Shown: piece after piece, positions 9,193-18,053 of the stretch
Numbering within the stretch: the first letter of the stretch is position 1
Layout: each line of letters begins with the position of its first letter
IMG/VR virus record: IMGVR_UViG_2917860307_000001
Location: 1 to 44,753 of that record
DNA: 44,753 nucleotides
Reading direction: 5' to 3' (one strand)
Source of the DNA: a virus
Taxonomy: Duplodnaviria; Heunggongvirae; Uroviricota; Caudoviricetes
Notes under the pieces: model-generated
Database searches by the model: none
What the model was told of the DNA's origin: nothing
What the model saw: only the letters and a program-made list of their open reading frames with translations
Translations under genes and position numbers: made by a program

Positions 9193-9838
9193 TAAATATT
9201 GCCAGGCGCTGGTGGAGCTGCGAAACAAACCAGCCCATGAACTGAAGGAAGTGGGCGATCAGTGGCGCACGCCGGACAACATTTTCTGGGGAATTAACAC
9301 CCTGTTTGGCCCGTTTGTTCTGGATCTGTTCACTGACGGTGATAACGCCAAATGTGCCGCGTATTACACGGCGGAAGACAACGCGCTGGCGCATGACTGG
9401 TCAGAACGTCTTGCGGAGCTTAAAGGTGCTGCCTTTGGTAATCCCCCATACAGCCGCGCCAGTCAGCATGAGGGGCAATACATCACCGGCATGCGTTACA
9501 TCATGAAACATGCCAGTGCCATGCGTGATAAGGGCGGGCGCTATGTTTTCCTGATCAAAGCTGCCACCAGCGAAGTGTGGTGGCCGGAAGACGCAGACCA
9601 TATTGCTTTTATTCGCGGGCGTATTGGTTTTGAACTGCCTGCCTGGTTTATCCCGAAGGATGAGAAGCAGGTGCCGACAGGCGCTTTCTTCGCTGGTGCT
9701 ATTGCTGTTTTCGACAAGACCTGGAAGGGAGCGGCAATCAGCTACATCGGGCGCGATGAACTTGAGGCATGTGGTGAGGCCTTTCTGGCGCAGGTTCGCC
9801 AGCAGGCTGAAAAACTGGTCAGGGAGATGGCGGCATGA
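9185..9838 (+). CDS. Phage Dam-like DNA N6-adenine methyltransferase
   Basis: Start MSNKYCQ (ATG 9185); NPPY catalytic motif (AAFGNPPYSR). Confidence 0.7.
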   Translation: MSNKYCQALVELRNKPAHELKEVGDQWRTPDNIFWGINTLFGPFVLDLFTDGDNAKCAAYYTAEDNALAHDWSERLAELKGAAFGNPPYSRASQHEGQYITGMRYIMKHASAMRDKGGRYVFLIKAATSEVWWPEDADHIAFIRGRIGFELPAWFIPKDEKQVPTGAFFAGAIAVFDKTWKGAAISYIGRDELEACGEAFLAQVRQQAEKLVREMAA

Positions 9839-10161
9839 CGACGTTAACTCAATGCCAGCAGCAGGTGCTGGATATGCTGATTTCTTACCAGAAAGAGCGT
9901 GGCTTTCCGCCAACCAATCAGGAGGTGGCAACCATGCTGGGATACCGTTCAGTGAATGCAGCGGTAGAGCATCTTCGCGCACTGGAGAAAAAAGGCGTCA
10001 TCACGATAAAGCGTGGCGTGGCCCGGGGGATAACGCTTCATACCGCGGTGAAGGACGACGACAGCGAGGCGGTCGGGATTATCCGCGCACTGCTTGCCGG
10101 TGAGGAAAACGCAAGGCTGCGTGCAACCCACTGGTTACATGAGAGGGGCCTGAAAGTATGA
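9835..10161 (+). CDS. LexA N-terminal DNA-binding-domain protein (no peptidase domain)
   Basis: 108 aa; QQVLDMLISYQKERGFPPTNQEVATMLGYRSVNAAVEHLRALEKKGVITI closely parallels the LexA N-terminal domain (recalled from memory). Confidence 0.6.
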   Translation: MTTLTQCQQQVLDMLISYQKERGFPPTNQEVATMLGYRSVNAAVEHLRALEKKGVITIKRGVARGITLHTAVKDDDSEAVGIIRALLAGEENARLRATHWLHERGLKV

Positions 10162-10547
10162 AGCTGATCCTGCCTTTTCCGCCCAGCGTGAACACGTACT
10201 GGCGACACCCCAACAAAGGGGCGTTTGCTGGTAAGAGTCTGATAAGCGCAGCGGGGCGCAAATTCCAGAGCGCGGCGTGCGCAGCAATAGTTGAGCAGTT
10301 ACGTCGTCTGCCGAAACCAACGTCGGCACCTGCTTCAGTGGAGATCGTGTTGTTTCCTCCGGATAACCGGATCCGCGATCTGGACAACTATAACAAGGCG
10401 ATGTTTGACGCCCTGACCCACGCGGGTGTGTGGGAAGACGACAGTCAGGTGAAAAGAATGCTGGTTGAGTGGGGACCGGTTATCCCGGGAGGGAAGGTCG
10501 AGATCACTATCAGTAAGTACGAGAAAACGGCGGGTGCAGCCGCCTGA
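10158..10547 (+). CDS. rusA: Holliday junction resolvase RusA
   Basis: 129 aa; typical RusA sequence (LPFPPSVNTYW...D.DNY.KA..DAL). Confidence 0.8.
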   Translation: MKLILPFPPSVNTYWRHPNKGAFAGKSLISAAGRKFQSAACAAIVEQLRRLPKPTSAPASVEIVLFPPDNRIRDLDNYNKAMFDALTHAGVWEDDSQVKRMLVEWGPVIPGGKVEITISKYEKTAGAAA

Positions 10548-10566
10548 TTAAGAGGAGAAACGAAGT

Positions 10567-11376
10567 ATGAATAATCTGATGGTCATTGATGGTATTGAAG
10601 TTCGTCGTGATGCTTATGGGCGTTACAGCCTGAACGATCTGCACAGGGCAGCCGGGGGAGAACAAAAAAACCGCCCGAAATACTGGCTCTCCAATAAGCA
10701 AACCTGTGAATTGATTGAACAACTTTTCACCGAGGGTGGAATTCCGCCTCTGGAACAAAATCAACCAGTTAGCGTCATTAATGGCGGAAATAACCAGGGG
10801 ACGTATGTCTGCAAAGAACTGGTGTATGCCTATGCAATGTGGATCAGCCCGTCATTCCATCTGAAGGTGATCCGTACTTTCGATATGGTAACCAGCGCAC
10901 CGGAAAAATTATCCGGGCAGGCTGCTGACAAGATGCAGGCTGGAGTGATTCTGCTGGACTTTATGCGCCGGGAGTTAAACCTGTCTAACTCTTCAGTGCT
11001 TGGTGCCTGTCAGAAACTCCAGGAGGCTGTTGGCTTACCGAATCTGGCACCGCGCTATGCCATTGATGCTCCTGCTGATGCACACGATGGCTCAAGTCGC
11101 CCGACACTGTCACTGAGTGCACTGCTGAAACAGTATGGTATCCGCCTGACGGCTAATCAGGCATATCACCAGATGGTGAAGCTGGGGATCGTCGAGCAGC
11201 GCGAACGATACAGCCGTACCGCGATTAACAACATCAAAAAATTCTGGTTGCTGACAGCGAAAGGCTGCATGTTCGGCAAGAACATCACCAGTCCCGCCAA
11301 TCCGCGCGAGACGCAGCCGCATTTCTTCGAATCCCGATTCCCTGAGCTGTTAAAGCTGCTCGATACCGTTCATTGA
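10567..11376 (+). CDS. KilA-N domain protein
   Basis: N-terminal KilA-N pattern (VIDGIEVRRDAYGRYSLNDL...AMWISPSFHLKV). Confidence 0.6.
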   Translation: MNNLMVIDGIEVRRDAYGRYSLNDLHRAAGGEQKNRPKYWLSNKQTCELIEQLFTEGGIPPLEQNQPVSVINGGNNQGTYVCKELVYAYAMWISPSFHLKVIRTFDMVTSAPEKLSGQAADKMQAGVILLDFMRRELNLSNSSVLGACQKLQEAVGLPNLAPRYAIDAPADAHDGSSRPTLSLSALLKQYGIRLTANQAYHQMVKLGIVEQRERYSRTAINNIKKFWLLTAKGCMFGKNITSPANPRETQPHFFESRFPELLKLLDTVH

Positions 11377-11377
11377 G

Positions 11378-12373
11378 GTGACCGTGAGAGCACTACTGAC
11401 CCCTGAAATTGCCCCGCGTATGGGGATCGTATTGTTCAGGCCAGGTTCAGAGCTGATGCCCCTGTTTATGCAGGGGCGTGTCCTGCTGGAGCCTGAGCCG
11501 GAACGTTATTCATCTTTCGCCAGTGGTGCCGTTCCGGCGGCATCACAACCGCTGGCGGATGATCCTGCCGTTCGGGCCGTGTTCCGCAATGAGGCAGTGA
11601 TCCGTCGTGCTGGTGGCGTGGAATGTCTTGAAAGCTGGTTACTTCGTGAAAAAGGCTGCCAATGGCCTCATTCCGACTGGCACAGCGAGAACATGACCAC
11701 AATGCGACACGCTCCGGGCGCAATCCGTCTGTGCTGGCACTGCGATAACCAGCTGCGCGATCAGTTCACGGAACGGCTGGAATCAATGGCAACGGATAAC
11801 TGTGCCCGCTGGGTGTTGTCTGTAGTCCGTCGGGATCTCGGTTTTGATGATAACCATGCCGTGACAATGCCGGAACTGTGCTGGTGGCTGATTCGTAATG
11901 ACCTGGCGGATGCCTTACCTGAAAGCGCAGCCCGTAAGGCGCTGAGATTACCGAAACCTGCTGTGCCGTCTGTCACCCGGGAAAGTGACCTTGTGCCTTC
12001 GGTTCCTGCCACCAGCATCATCCAGGATAAAGCGAAAAATGTGCTGGCGCTGAAAGTGGATCCGGAGTCGCCGGAGTCTTTTATGTTACGCCCAAAACGC
12101 CGCCGCTGGGTTAATGAAAAGTACACGCGCTGGGTTAAGACACAGCCGTGTGCATGTTGTGGAAAGCCTGCTGATGATCCCCACCACCTGATAGGCCACG
12201 GTCAGGGTGGAATGGGTACAAAAGCGCATGACCTCTTTGTGTTGCCTTTGTGCAGAAAGCATCACGACGAGCTGCATGCGGATACCGTGGCATTTGAAGA
12301 GAAGTATGGCTCTCAGCTGGAGCTGATATTTCGTTTTATCGATCGTGCGCTGGCAATTGGCGTATTGGCGTAA
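11378..12373 (+). CDS. DUF968 domain protein
   Basis: GTG start; C-terminal Cys/His cluster PCACCGKPADDPHHLIGHG...LPLCRKHHDELH typical of DUF968 nin-region proteins. Confidence 0.6.
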   Translation: MTVRALLTPEIAPRMGIVLFRPGSELMPLFMQGRVLLEPEPERYSSFASGAVPAASQPLADDPAVRAVFRNEAVIRRAGGVECLESWLLREKGCQWPHSDWHSENMTTMRHAPGAIRLCWHCDNQLRDQFTERLESMATDNCARWVLSVVRRDLGFDDNHAVTMPELCWWLIRNDLADALPESAARKALRLPKPAVPSVTRESDLVPSVPATSIIQDKAKNVLALKVDPESPESFMLRPKRRRWVNEKYTRWVKTQPCACCGKPADDPHHLIGHGQGGMGTKAHDLFVLPLCRKHHDELHADTVAFEEKYGSQLELIFRFIDRALAIGVLA

Positions 12374-12386
12374 GTGGAGAACGAGC

Positions 12387-12941
12387 ATGAACCTTGAAGC
12401 CTTACCAAAATATTACTCCCCAAAATCTCCAAAATTGAGCGATGACGCACCGGCGACAGGCTCAGGTGGTTTAACGATTACGGATGTGATGGCTGCGCAG
12501 GGGATGGTGCAGTCGAAAGCACCGCTTGGGTTTGCCTTATTCCTGGCAAAAGTTGGTGTTCAGGATCCTCAATTTGCGATTGAAGGTCTGCTCAATTACG
12601 CGATGGCACTGGATAACCCGACATTGAACAAATTGAGTGAAGAAACCCGGTTACAGATCATCCCTTACCTTGTGAATTTTGCCTTTGCTGATTATTCCAG
12701 GTCTGCGGCAAGTAAGGCTCGCTGTGAGCATTGTGCTGGTACTGGATTTCATAATGTATTGCGCGAAGTGGTGAAACACTCCAGAAGCGGGGAATCTGTT
12801 ATCAAGGAAGAGTGGGTGAAGGAACTATGTCAGCATTGCCATGGTAAGGGAGAAGTCAGCACAGCGTGCAGAGGGTGTAAGGGTAAAGGTATTGTCCTGG
12901 ATGAAAAAAAGAACCCGGCTTCATGGTGTGCCTGTTTATAA
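12387..12941 (+). CDS. Antitermination protein Q (as read, terminates early; see downstream +1-frame fragment)
   Basis: Start MNLEALPKYY (ATG 12387); three CxxCxGxG zinc-finger repeats; position upstream of PR'-like promoter and lysis genes. Confidence 0.6.
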   Translation: MNLEALPKYYSPKSPKLSDDAPATGSGGLTITDVMAAQGMVQSKAPLGFALFLAKVGVQDPQFAIEGLLNYAMALDNPTLNKLSEETRLQIIPYLVNFAFADYSRSAASKARCEHCAGTGFHNVLREVVKHSRSGESVIKEEWVKELCQHCHGKGEVSTACRGCKGKGIVLDEKKNPASWCACL

Positions 12942-13140
12942 GATTTGTGGGCGTTGCAATGGCAACCGGTTTAGCCGTTTACCAACCACACTGGCGCGGC
13001 ATCATGTCCAGAAACTGGTACCGGACCTGACGGATTATCAGTGGTACAAAGGATATGCAGACGTTATTAATAAACTGGTTACAAAGTGCTGGCAGGAAGA
13101 AGCGTATGCTGAATCGCAATTGAGAAAAGTGACAAGATAG
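12901..13140 (+). CDS. Probable C-terminal fragment of antiterminator Q in the +1 frame
   Basis: Overlapping ORF in +1 frame beginning at the A7 run (12904-12910); carries a fourth CxxCxG repeat (CGRCNGNR). Confidence 0.35.
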   Translation: MKKRTRLHGVPVYKICGRCNGNRFSRLPTTLARHHVQKLVPDLTDYQWYKGYADVINKLVTKCWQEEAYAESQLRKVTR

Positions 13141-13171
13141 ATAATTTTCGCCGAAGATGTCGACGTGATGC

Positions 13172-13200
13172 TTGCATTTTTCAAAAAATATGGATAAGAT
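13172..13200 (+). promoter_or_regulatory. Late promoter PR'-like
   Basis: -35 TTGCAT, 17-nt spacer, -10 TAAGAT directly downstream of Q and about 45 nt upstream of a terminator. Confidence 0.45.
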
Positions 13201-13242
13201 TTTCTCAACGATGGGCCTTGTATGTCTACCGTTGGTAAATGT

Positions 13243-13268
13243 CAAAAACCCGCTGCTGAGCGGTTTTT
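13243..13268 (+). terminator. tR'-like rho-independent terminator
   Basis: AACCCGCT-GCTG-AGCGGTT hairpin (one-base bulge) followed by T7. Confidence 0.55.
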
Positions 13269-13428
13269 TTGTGCCTGATGTCTCATGAAACTATGAAATG
13301 GATTGGTGCGTTAAACATTTTTTCTTATTATCTTTTAGATTTTGGAGAGATGGTTAACGTCTGTATTCCAGAAACTCGATGGTTATTTAATAAATTAGTT
13401 TCAATGATGCTTCTAGGTTATGACTGTA

Positions 13429-13827
13429 ATGAAAAAGGTATTAATAGCAGCGATAGGTTTTTGTTTAGTTGGTTGTGCAGGTATGAAATTACCTGAGTAT
13501 TCGCAAGTTAAAGCAAGTCCGTATTATACAGATTGCCGTGCGTTTGCCATGGATGTTTATAAAAATGATGGATACAGCAAAATTGCGAAAACTACTATCC
13601 TTAGCATGGATGATGTGAAGGCTAGATATATTGTGACAGGGTGTGTAGTTGCTATGGGGAAAAACACTGTAGAGGAAATCAAAGCTGATCTCTCTGCTAA
13701 AGGGAGTTCTTTTGGGCTTATCAGTGGAGCTTGTTCTAGTGTGGCATGTCGGGTTGATGTAGAGCAGCAAATGAACGCTTATGTACTTGGTAGTTATTAT
13801 GCTGCAAATAAAAAAATTCCCGGATAA
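13429..13827 (+). CDS. Lipoprotein (moron)
   Basis: Signal peptide with lipobox MKKVLIAAIGFCLVGCAG; markedly low-GC gene flanked by terminators; alternative start at 13420. Confidence 0.6.
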   Translation: MKKVLIAAIGFCLVGCAGMKLPEYSQVKASPYYTDCRAFAMDVYKNDGYSKIAKTTILSMDDVKARYIVTGCVVAMGKNTVEEIKADLSAKGSSFGLISGACSSVACRVDVEQQMNAYVLGSYYAANKKIPG

Positions 13828-13922
13828 AATGAAAGCAGAGTTTTAAGCAAACCTTGTTTTCGATTATATGTCGAAGATAAATGTTAGTAACGGCATAATA
13901 AGTAAATATATAGCTGTGATAG

Positions 13923-13948
13923 CAACCCGCCACTGAGCGGGTTTTTTG
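13923..13948 (+). terminator. Rho-independent terminator
   Basis: AACCCGC-CACTGA-GCGGGTT hairpin followed by T6; near-copy of the terminator at 13243. Confidence 0.55.
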
Positions 13949-14069
13949 TACCCGTAAACTTGGTGCAGTACAGTAAACACGCTGGTGGTCGTGAATACTG
14001 ACTTTTTATCTTGCTGGCTTTTTAGACAAGAGTTATTGGTATGTCATGTTAACCAGAAGGGAAAAAGAC

Positions 14070-14273
14070 ATGCTAAAACAGCAAGATATGACAGAAACCG
14101 CCGCCGCAGTCCTTCATTTCTTACCTGCTGACAAGTGGGTAACGCCACGCATGATGACGAGAACTACCGGAGTAAGCGAAGCCCGGTGCCAGTTAATACT
14201 GACTCAGTTAGTTCTGGCGGGTCTGGCGAAGGATAACGGCGGGTACGGGAATAAATTCAGACGCTGCCAGTAA
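14070..14273 (+). CDS. Small putative DNA-binding protein (winged-helix-like)
   Basis: Start MLKQQDMTE (ATG 14070, AAGGGA RBS); 67 aa. Confidence 0.35.
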   Translation: MLKQQDMTETAAAVLHFLPADKWVTPRMMTRTTGVSEARCQLILTQLVLAGLAKDNGGYGNKFRRCQ

Positions 14274-14423
14274 TGGCGGTTTCCTGCTGTGAAAATGGGC
14301 GGCTGGTGGGTGTTGGTAGCACGTGCCAGCCATTCGCTCATGCTTACTGGTCACAAGCGAACCACGGCCCACTGCTTTAGCGCAAAAGCAGAGTGAGCCT
14401 ACCAGAGTTACGCTTACTGATCC

Positions 14424-15476
14424 ATGAAAAATACTGTAAAAATAAACAGTGTTGATTTAATCAACGCTGATTGCCTGCATTTTATTCAGTCCCTGCCTGA
14501 TGATTCCATTGACCTGATTGTTACCGATCCGCCGTACTTCAAGGTGAAACCCAACGGCTGGGACAATCAGTGGAAAGGGGACGAAGATTACCTTAAGTGG
14601 CTGGACCACTGTCTGGCCCAGTTCTGGCGGGTGTTAAAACCTGCCGGAAGCCTTTACCTGTTCTGTGGGCATCGCCTGGCATCTGATATTGAGATCATGA
14701 TGCGTGAACGTTTCAACGTGCTTAACCATATCATCTGGGCGAAGCCGTCCGGACGTTGGAATGGGTGTAATAAAGAAAGTCTGCGCGCATATTTTCCTGC
14801 CACAGAGCGCGTTCTGTTTGCTGAACATTACCAAGGGCCATATCGCGGCAAAAGTGACGGCTATGCGGCAAAAGAAAGGGAACTCAAACAGCACATAATG
14901 GCACCGCTGATATCGTATTTCAGGGATGCTCGTGCCGAACTGGGTATAACGGCAAAACAAATTGCCGAAGCCACAGGTAAGAAAAATATGGTTTCCCACT
15001 GGTTTGGTGCCAGTCAGTGGCAGTTGCCGAATGAGGCTGACTATCGGAAGTTACAGGCACTGTTTTCCCGTATAGCGGCAGAGAAGTTTCAGGAACAACA
15101 ACTGGAACAACCACACCACCAGCTGGTGGCATCTTATGATTCACTGAATCGCAAATATTCTGAATTGCTGGATGAGTTTAAATCTCTCCGGCGCTATTTC
15201 TCCGTATCAGTCTCCGTGCCTTATACCGATGTCTGGATGCATAAACCCGTTCAGTTCTACCCGGGTAAACATCCGTGTGAGAAACCGGCGGATATGCTCA
15301 GGCAAATAATCAATGCCAGTAGTCGACCTGGTGATCTGGTTGCTGATTTTTTTATGGGATCCGGTTCCACAATAAAAGCAGCAATGGCGCTGGGGCGTCG
15401 GGCCTTAGGTGTTGAGCTTGAGTCAGAGCGGTTTAACCAGACAGTGAAAGAGATAAACGAGCTGGTGGGGAAATAA
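14424..15476 (+). CDS. Orphan DNA methyltransferase (N6-adenine/N4-cytosine family, DPPY motif)
   Basis: 350 aa; motif IVTDPPYF near the N-terminus and a C-terminal AdoMet-binding-like region (DFFMGSGST). Confidence 0.8.
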
Positions 15477-15482
15477 TCTGGT

Positions 15483-15506
15483 GGCCACGTCAGGTGGCCT
15501 TTTTAT
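15483..15506 (+). terminator. Rho-independent terminator
   Basis: GGCCAC-GTCAG-GTGGCC hairpin followed by T5. Confidence 0.55.
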
Positions 15507-15543
15507 TTCCATTACACAGCACCCGCATCTGCGAGGTGGGGTT

Positions 15544-15758
15544 ATGAAATCCATGGATAAGTTAACAACGGGTGTCGCCTATGGCACCTCAGCAGGTAGT
15601 GCCGGGTACTGGTTTTACAGTTGCTCGATAAAGTCACGCCCTCACAGTGGGCGGCAATAGGTGTGCTGGGTAGTCTGGTGTTTGGCCTGCTGACGTATCT
15701 GACAAATCTTTATTTCAAGATTAAAGAAGACAAGCGTAAGGCTGCACGGGGAGAGTAA
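15544..15758 (+). pseudogene. Class II holin (S21-type pinholin), frame interrupted at a T4 run (15613-15616)
   Basis: ATG 15544 with GAGGTGG RBS gives [24 protein letters not shown] then a stop; a second frame continues [47 protein letters not shown]; together about 71 aa. Confidence 0.65.
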
Positions 15759-15762
15759 TTCA

Positions 15763-16077
15763 ATGACTCAAAACTATGAACTGATTGTGAAAGGGATCCG
15801 CAATTTTGATAATAAAGTTACGGTAACTTTAGCGTTACGGGACAAAAAACGCTTTGACGGTGAAATTTTTGACCTGGACATCTCGCTGGACCGTGTTGAA
15901 GGTGCCGCGCTGGAGTTTTATGAGGCAGCAGCCAGAAGGAGCATCAGACAGGTCTTCCTGGATGTTGCTGCTGGGTTATGTGAAGGGGACGAGCTGTTGC
16001 CAGAAACGCGCCCCTGTTCAGAGGCGCGGTATACCATAAAAATTAACAGTTCTGATAACTCGATTACGGGTTGTTAG
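15763..16077 (+). CDS. DUF1327 protein (YdfR-like)
   Basis: 104-aa ORF between holin and endolysin, as in Qin-type lysis cassettes (from memory). Confidence 0.55.
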   Translation: MTQNYELIVKGIRNFDNKVTVTLALRDKKRFDGEIFDLDISLDRVEGAALEFYEAAARRSIRQVFLDVAAGLCEGDELLPETRPCSEARYTIKINSSDNSITGC

Positions 16078-16132
16078 CTTTTTGCAGTTGGCTTTCCAGT
16101 ATCTTTCATTGGTAGCATCCTGATAAATATCC

Positions 16133-16666
16133 ATGAGCGCAAAAATCAAATACGGCCTGTCAGCTGCTGTTCTGGCGCTGATTGCTGCAGGCGCGTCTGC
16201 TCCTCAAATACTTGACCAGTTTCTGGATGAAAAAGAGGGTAACCACACTACGGCATACCGCGATGGTTCCGGTATATGGACCATCTGTCGTGGTGCCACA
16301 ATGGTGGATGGTAAGCCCGTCATACCGGGAATGAAGCTGTCGAAGGAAAAATGCGACCAGGTTAACGCTATTGAACGTGATAAGGCGCTGGCATGGGTGG
16401 AGCGCAATATTAAAGTACCACTGACCGAACCACAGAAAGCGGGTATAGCGTCATTTTGTCCCTATAACATTGGCCCCGGTAAGTGTTTCCCGTCGACGTT
16501 TTATAAGCGGCTGAATGCCGGTGATCGTAAGGGCGCATGCGAGGCGATTCGCTGGTGGATAAAAGATGGTGGGCGCGATTGCCGCATACGTTCAAATAAC
16601 TGCTATGGACAGGTTATTCGTCGTGACCAGGAAAGCGCATTAGCCTGTTGGGGGATAGATCAGTGA
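16133..16666 (+). CDS. SAR endolysin (phage lysozyme with N-terminal signal-anchor-release domain)
   Basis: 177 aa; N-terminal hydrophobic SAR segment [17 protein letters not shown] followed by a lysozyme-like domain with the EG-x-T-AYRD catalytic-region pattern. Confidence 0.8.
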   Translation: MSAKIKYGLSAAVLALIAAGASAPQILDQFLDEKEGNHTTAYRDGSGIWTICRGATMVDGKPVIPGMKLSKEKCDQVNAIERDKALAWVERNIKVPLTEPQKAGIASFCPYNIGPGKCFPSTFYKRLNAGDRKGACEAIRWWIKDGGRDCRIRSNNCYGQVIRRDQESALACWGIDQ

Positions 16667-17100
16667 GCAGAGTCGCCGCGATTATTTATGCTCTGGTTAT
16701 CTGCATCATCGTCTGCCTGTCATTGGCTGTTAATCATTACCGTGATAACGCCATCGCCTACAAAGAACAGCGCGATAAGGCCGCATCCATTATCGCTGAC
16801 ATGCAGAAACGTCAACGTAATGTAGCTGAACTCGATGCCAGATATACAAAGGAGCTTGCTGATGCTAACGCGACTATCGAAAGTCTCCGTGCTGATGTTT
16901 CTGCTGGGCGTAAGCGCCTGCAAGTCGCCGCCACCTGTGCAAAGTCAACGACCGGAGCCAGCGGCATGGGCGATGGAGAAAGCCCAAGACTTACAGCAGA
17001 TGCTGAACTCAATTATTACCGTCTCAGAAGTGGAATCGACAGGATAACCGCGCAGGTTAACTACCTGCAGGAGTACATCAGGACGCAATGCCTGAAATAA
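16663..17100 (+). CDS. i-spanin Rz
   Basis: Close similarity to lambda Rz N-terminus (recalled: [36 protein letters not shown]); GTG start at 16663 assumed. Confidence 0.75.
   Translation: MSRVAAIIYALVICIIVCLSLAVNHYRDNAIAYKEQRDKAASIIADMQKRQRNVAELDARYTKELADANATIESLRADVSAGRKRLQVAATCAKSTTGASGMGDGESPRLTADAELNYYRLRSGIDRITAQVNYLQEYIRTQCLK
16862..17047 (+). CDS. o-spanin Rz1 (lipoprotein embedded in +1 frame of Rz)
   Basis: Embedded ORF with lipobox LLGVSAC and proline-rich mature region. Confidence 0.65.
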   Translation: MLTRLSKVSVLMFLLGVSACKSPPPVQSQRPEPAAWAMEKAQDLQQMLNSIITVSEVESTG

Positions 17101-17131
17101 TTTTTTTGCAAATCACAAAGTCAATTTAATG

Positions 17132-17188
17132 AGCCTCGCGATGCGGGGCTTTTTGCAATAAATGCGTACCGCAACGCATGTTTTTTAC
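17132..17188 (+). terminator. Two tandem hairpin/T-run terminator candidates after the lysis cassette
   Basis: GCCTCGC-GAT-GCGGGGC + T5 and AATGCGT-ACCGCA-ACGCAT + T6. Confidence 0.4.
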
Positions 17189-17301
17189 ACCGAACCTGCC
17201 CCTTTGGAATGGGCCTTTGAGGATACCAGTTAGTGCTGGCGAGCCTCGGTGGGCTGGTTTCCTGTGCGGCAAAGGTTCATTTCAAAGAGTAGGTACACGC
17301 T

Positions 17302-17799
17302 ATGAAATCATTAACCCTCTTCAATCAACCAATTCGTATCGGTGAAGATGGCATGATCTGCCTCACTGATATGTGGAAAGCCAGTGGTAAAAGTGAATCT
17401 GAATCTCCGTACCACTACCTGCGAAACAAGCAGACCAAAGAGTTCTTAGCCGAGCTGGAGAAAAACCACGAATCTGTGGTTTTTACTGAGCGCGGTGTAC
17501 ACGGTGGAACATATGGCGGGAAGTTTGTTGCTTATGATTATGCAGCATGGCTAAACCCCGGATTTAAATATGCAGCCTATAAAGTCCTGGATGACTACTT
17601 CACCGGAGAACTTCAGCATCGCAACAGCTTAAGTGCGCAGCTCAATATGAAGTGTCATGAGTTTGATCAGAAAAAAGATATGGCGAGCTTCTGTGGACAA
17701 GGGCTGGCGGCATGGCGCTATACGAAGCCAGTGTTGGTCGCTGAGATTAACTCCCTGGCTAACCAGCTGCAGATAACGATCCCCGGGCTTCCGGGATGA
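17302..17799 (+). CDS. KilA-N domain protein (second copy)
   Basis: 165 aa; KilA-N-like pattern including WLNPGFKYAAYKVLDDY. Confidence 0.45.
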   Translation: MKSLTLFNQPIRIGEDGMICLTDMWKASGKSESESPYHYLRNKQTKEFLAELEKNHESVVFTERGVHGGTYGGKFVAYDYAAWLNPGFKYAAYKVLDDYFTGELQHRNSLSAQLNMKCHEFDQKKDMASFCGQGLAAWRYTKPVLVAEINSLANQLQITIPGLPG

Positions 17800-18053
17800 G
17801 TGATCGTGTCATTGAATGCGCCTCCAGAGCGGGGCGCGACTTCTCAGAGTTCATGAAAGGCGAGAAGGGCATGATGGAAGCATTGGCCTCGGTGGATGAG
17901 TTTGGCGAGCAGCTGCGCCTCAACGGCTGTGTCAATCATCACTTTGTTAGCTACATGATGCGGAACTCGATCATGCAGGCATTCATGGACATGGCAAAAG
18001 CCGAGAGGAAAGAAGAGCGCCGGCGTAAGCGAGCGGAAGCAAAAGCGAAGTAG
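17796..18053 (+). CDS. Hypothetical protein
   Basis: 85-aa ORF coupled to upstream gene; basic C-terminus. Confidence 0.35.
   Translation: MSDRVIECASRAGRDFSEFMKGEKGMMEALASVDEFGEQLRLNGCVNHHFVSYMMRNSIMQAFMDMAKAERKEERRRKRAEAKAK

Noticed and set aside
9401-10387. Several overlapping ORFs on both strands (193, 166, 102 aa)
   Set aside because: They overlap the Dam-like methyltransferase, LexA-DBD and RusA genes in other frames and have no family resemblance; treated as alternative-frame artefacts
13269-13496. 75-aa ORF overlapping the lipoprotein gene start
   Set aside because: AT-rich promoter region with an implausible translation; the lipoprotein ORF with a signal peptide explains the region
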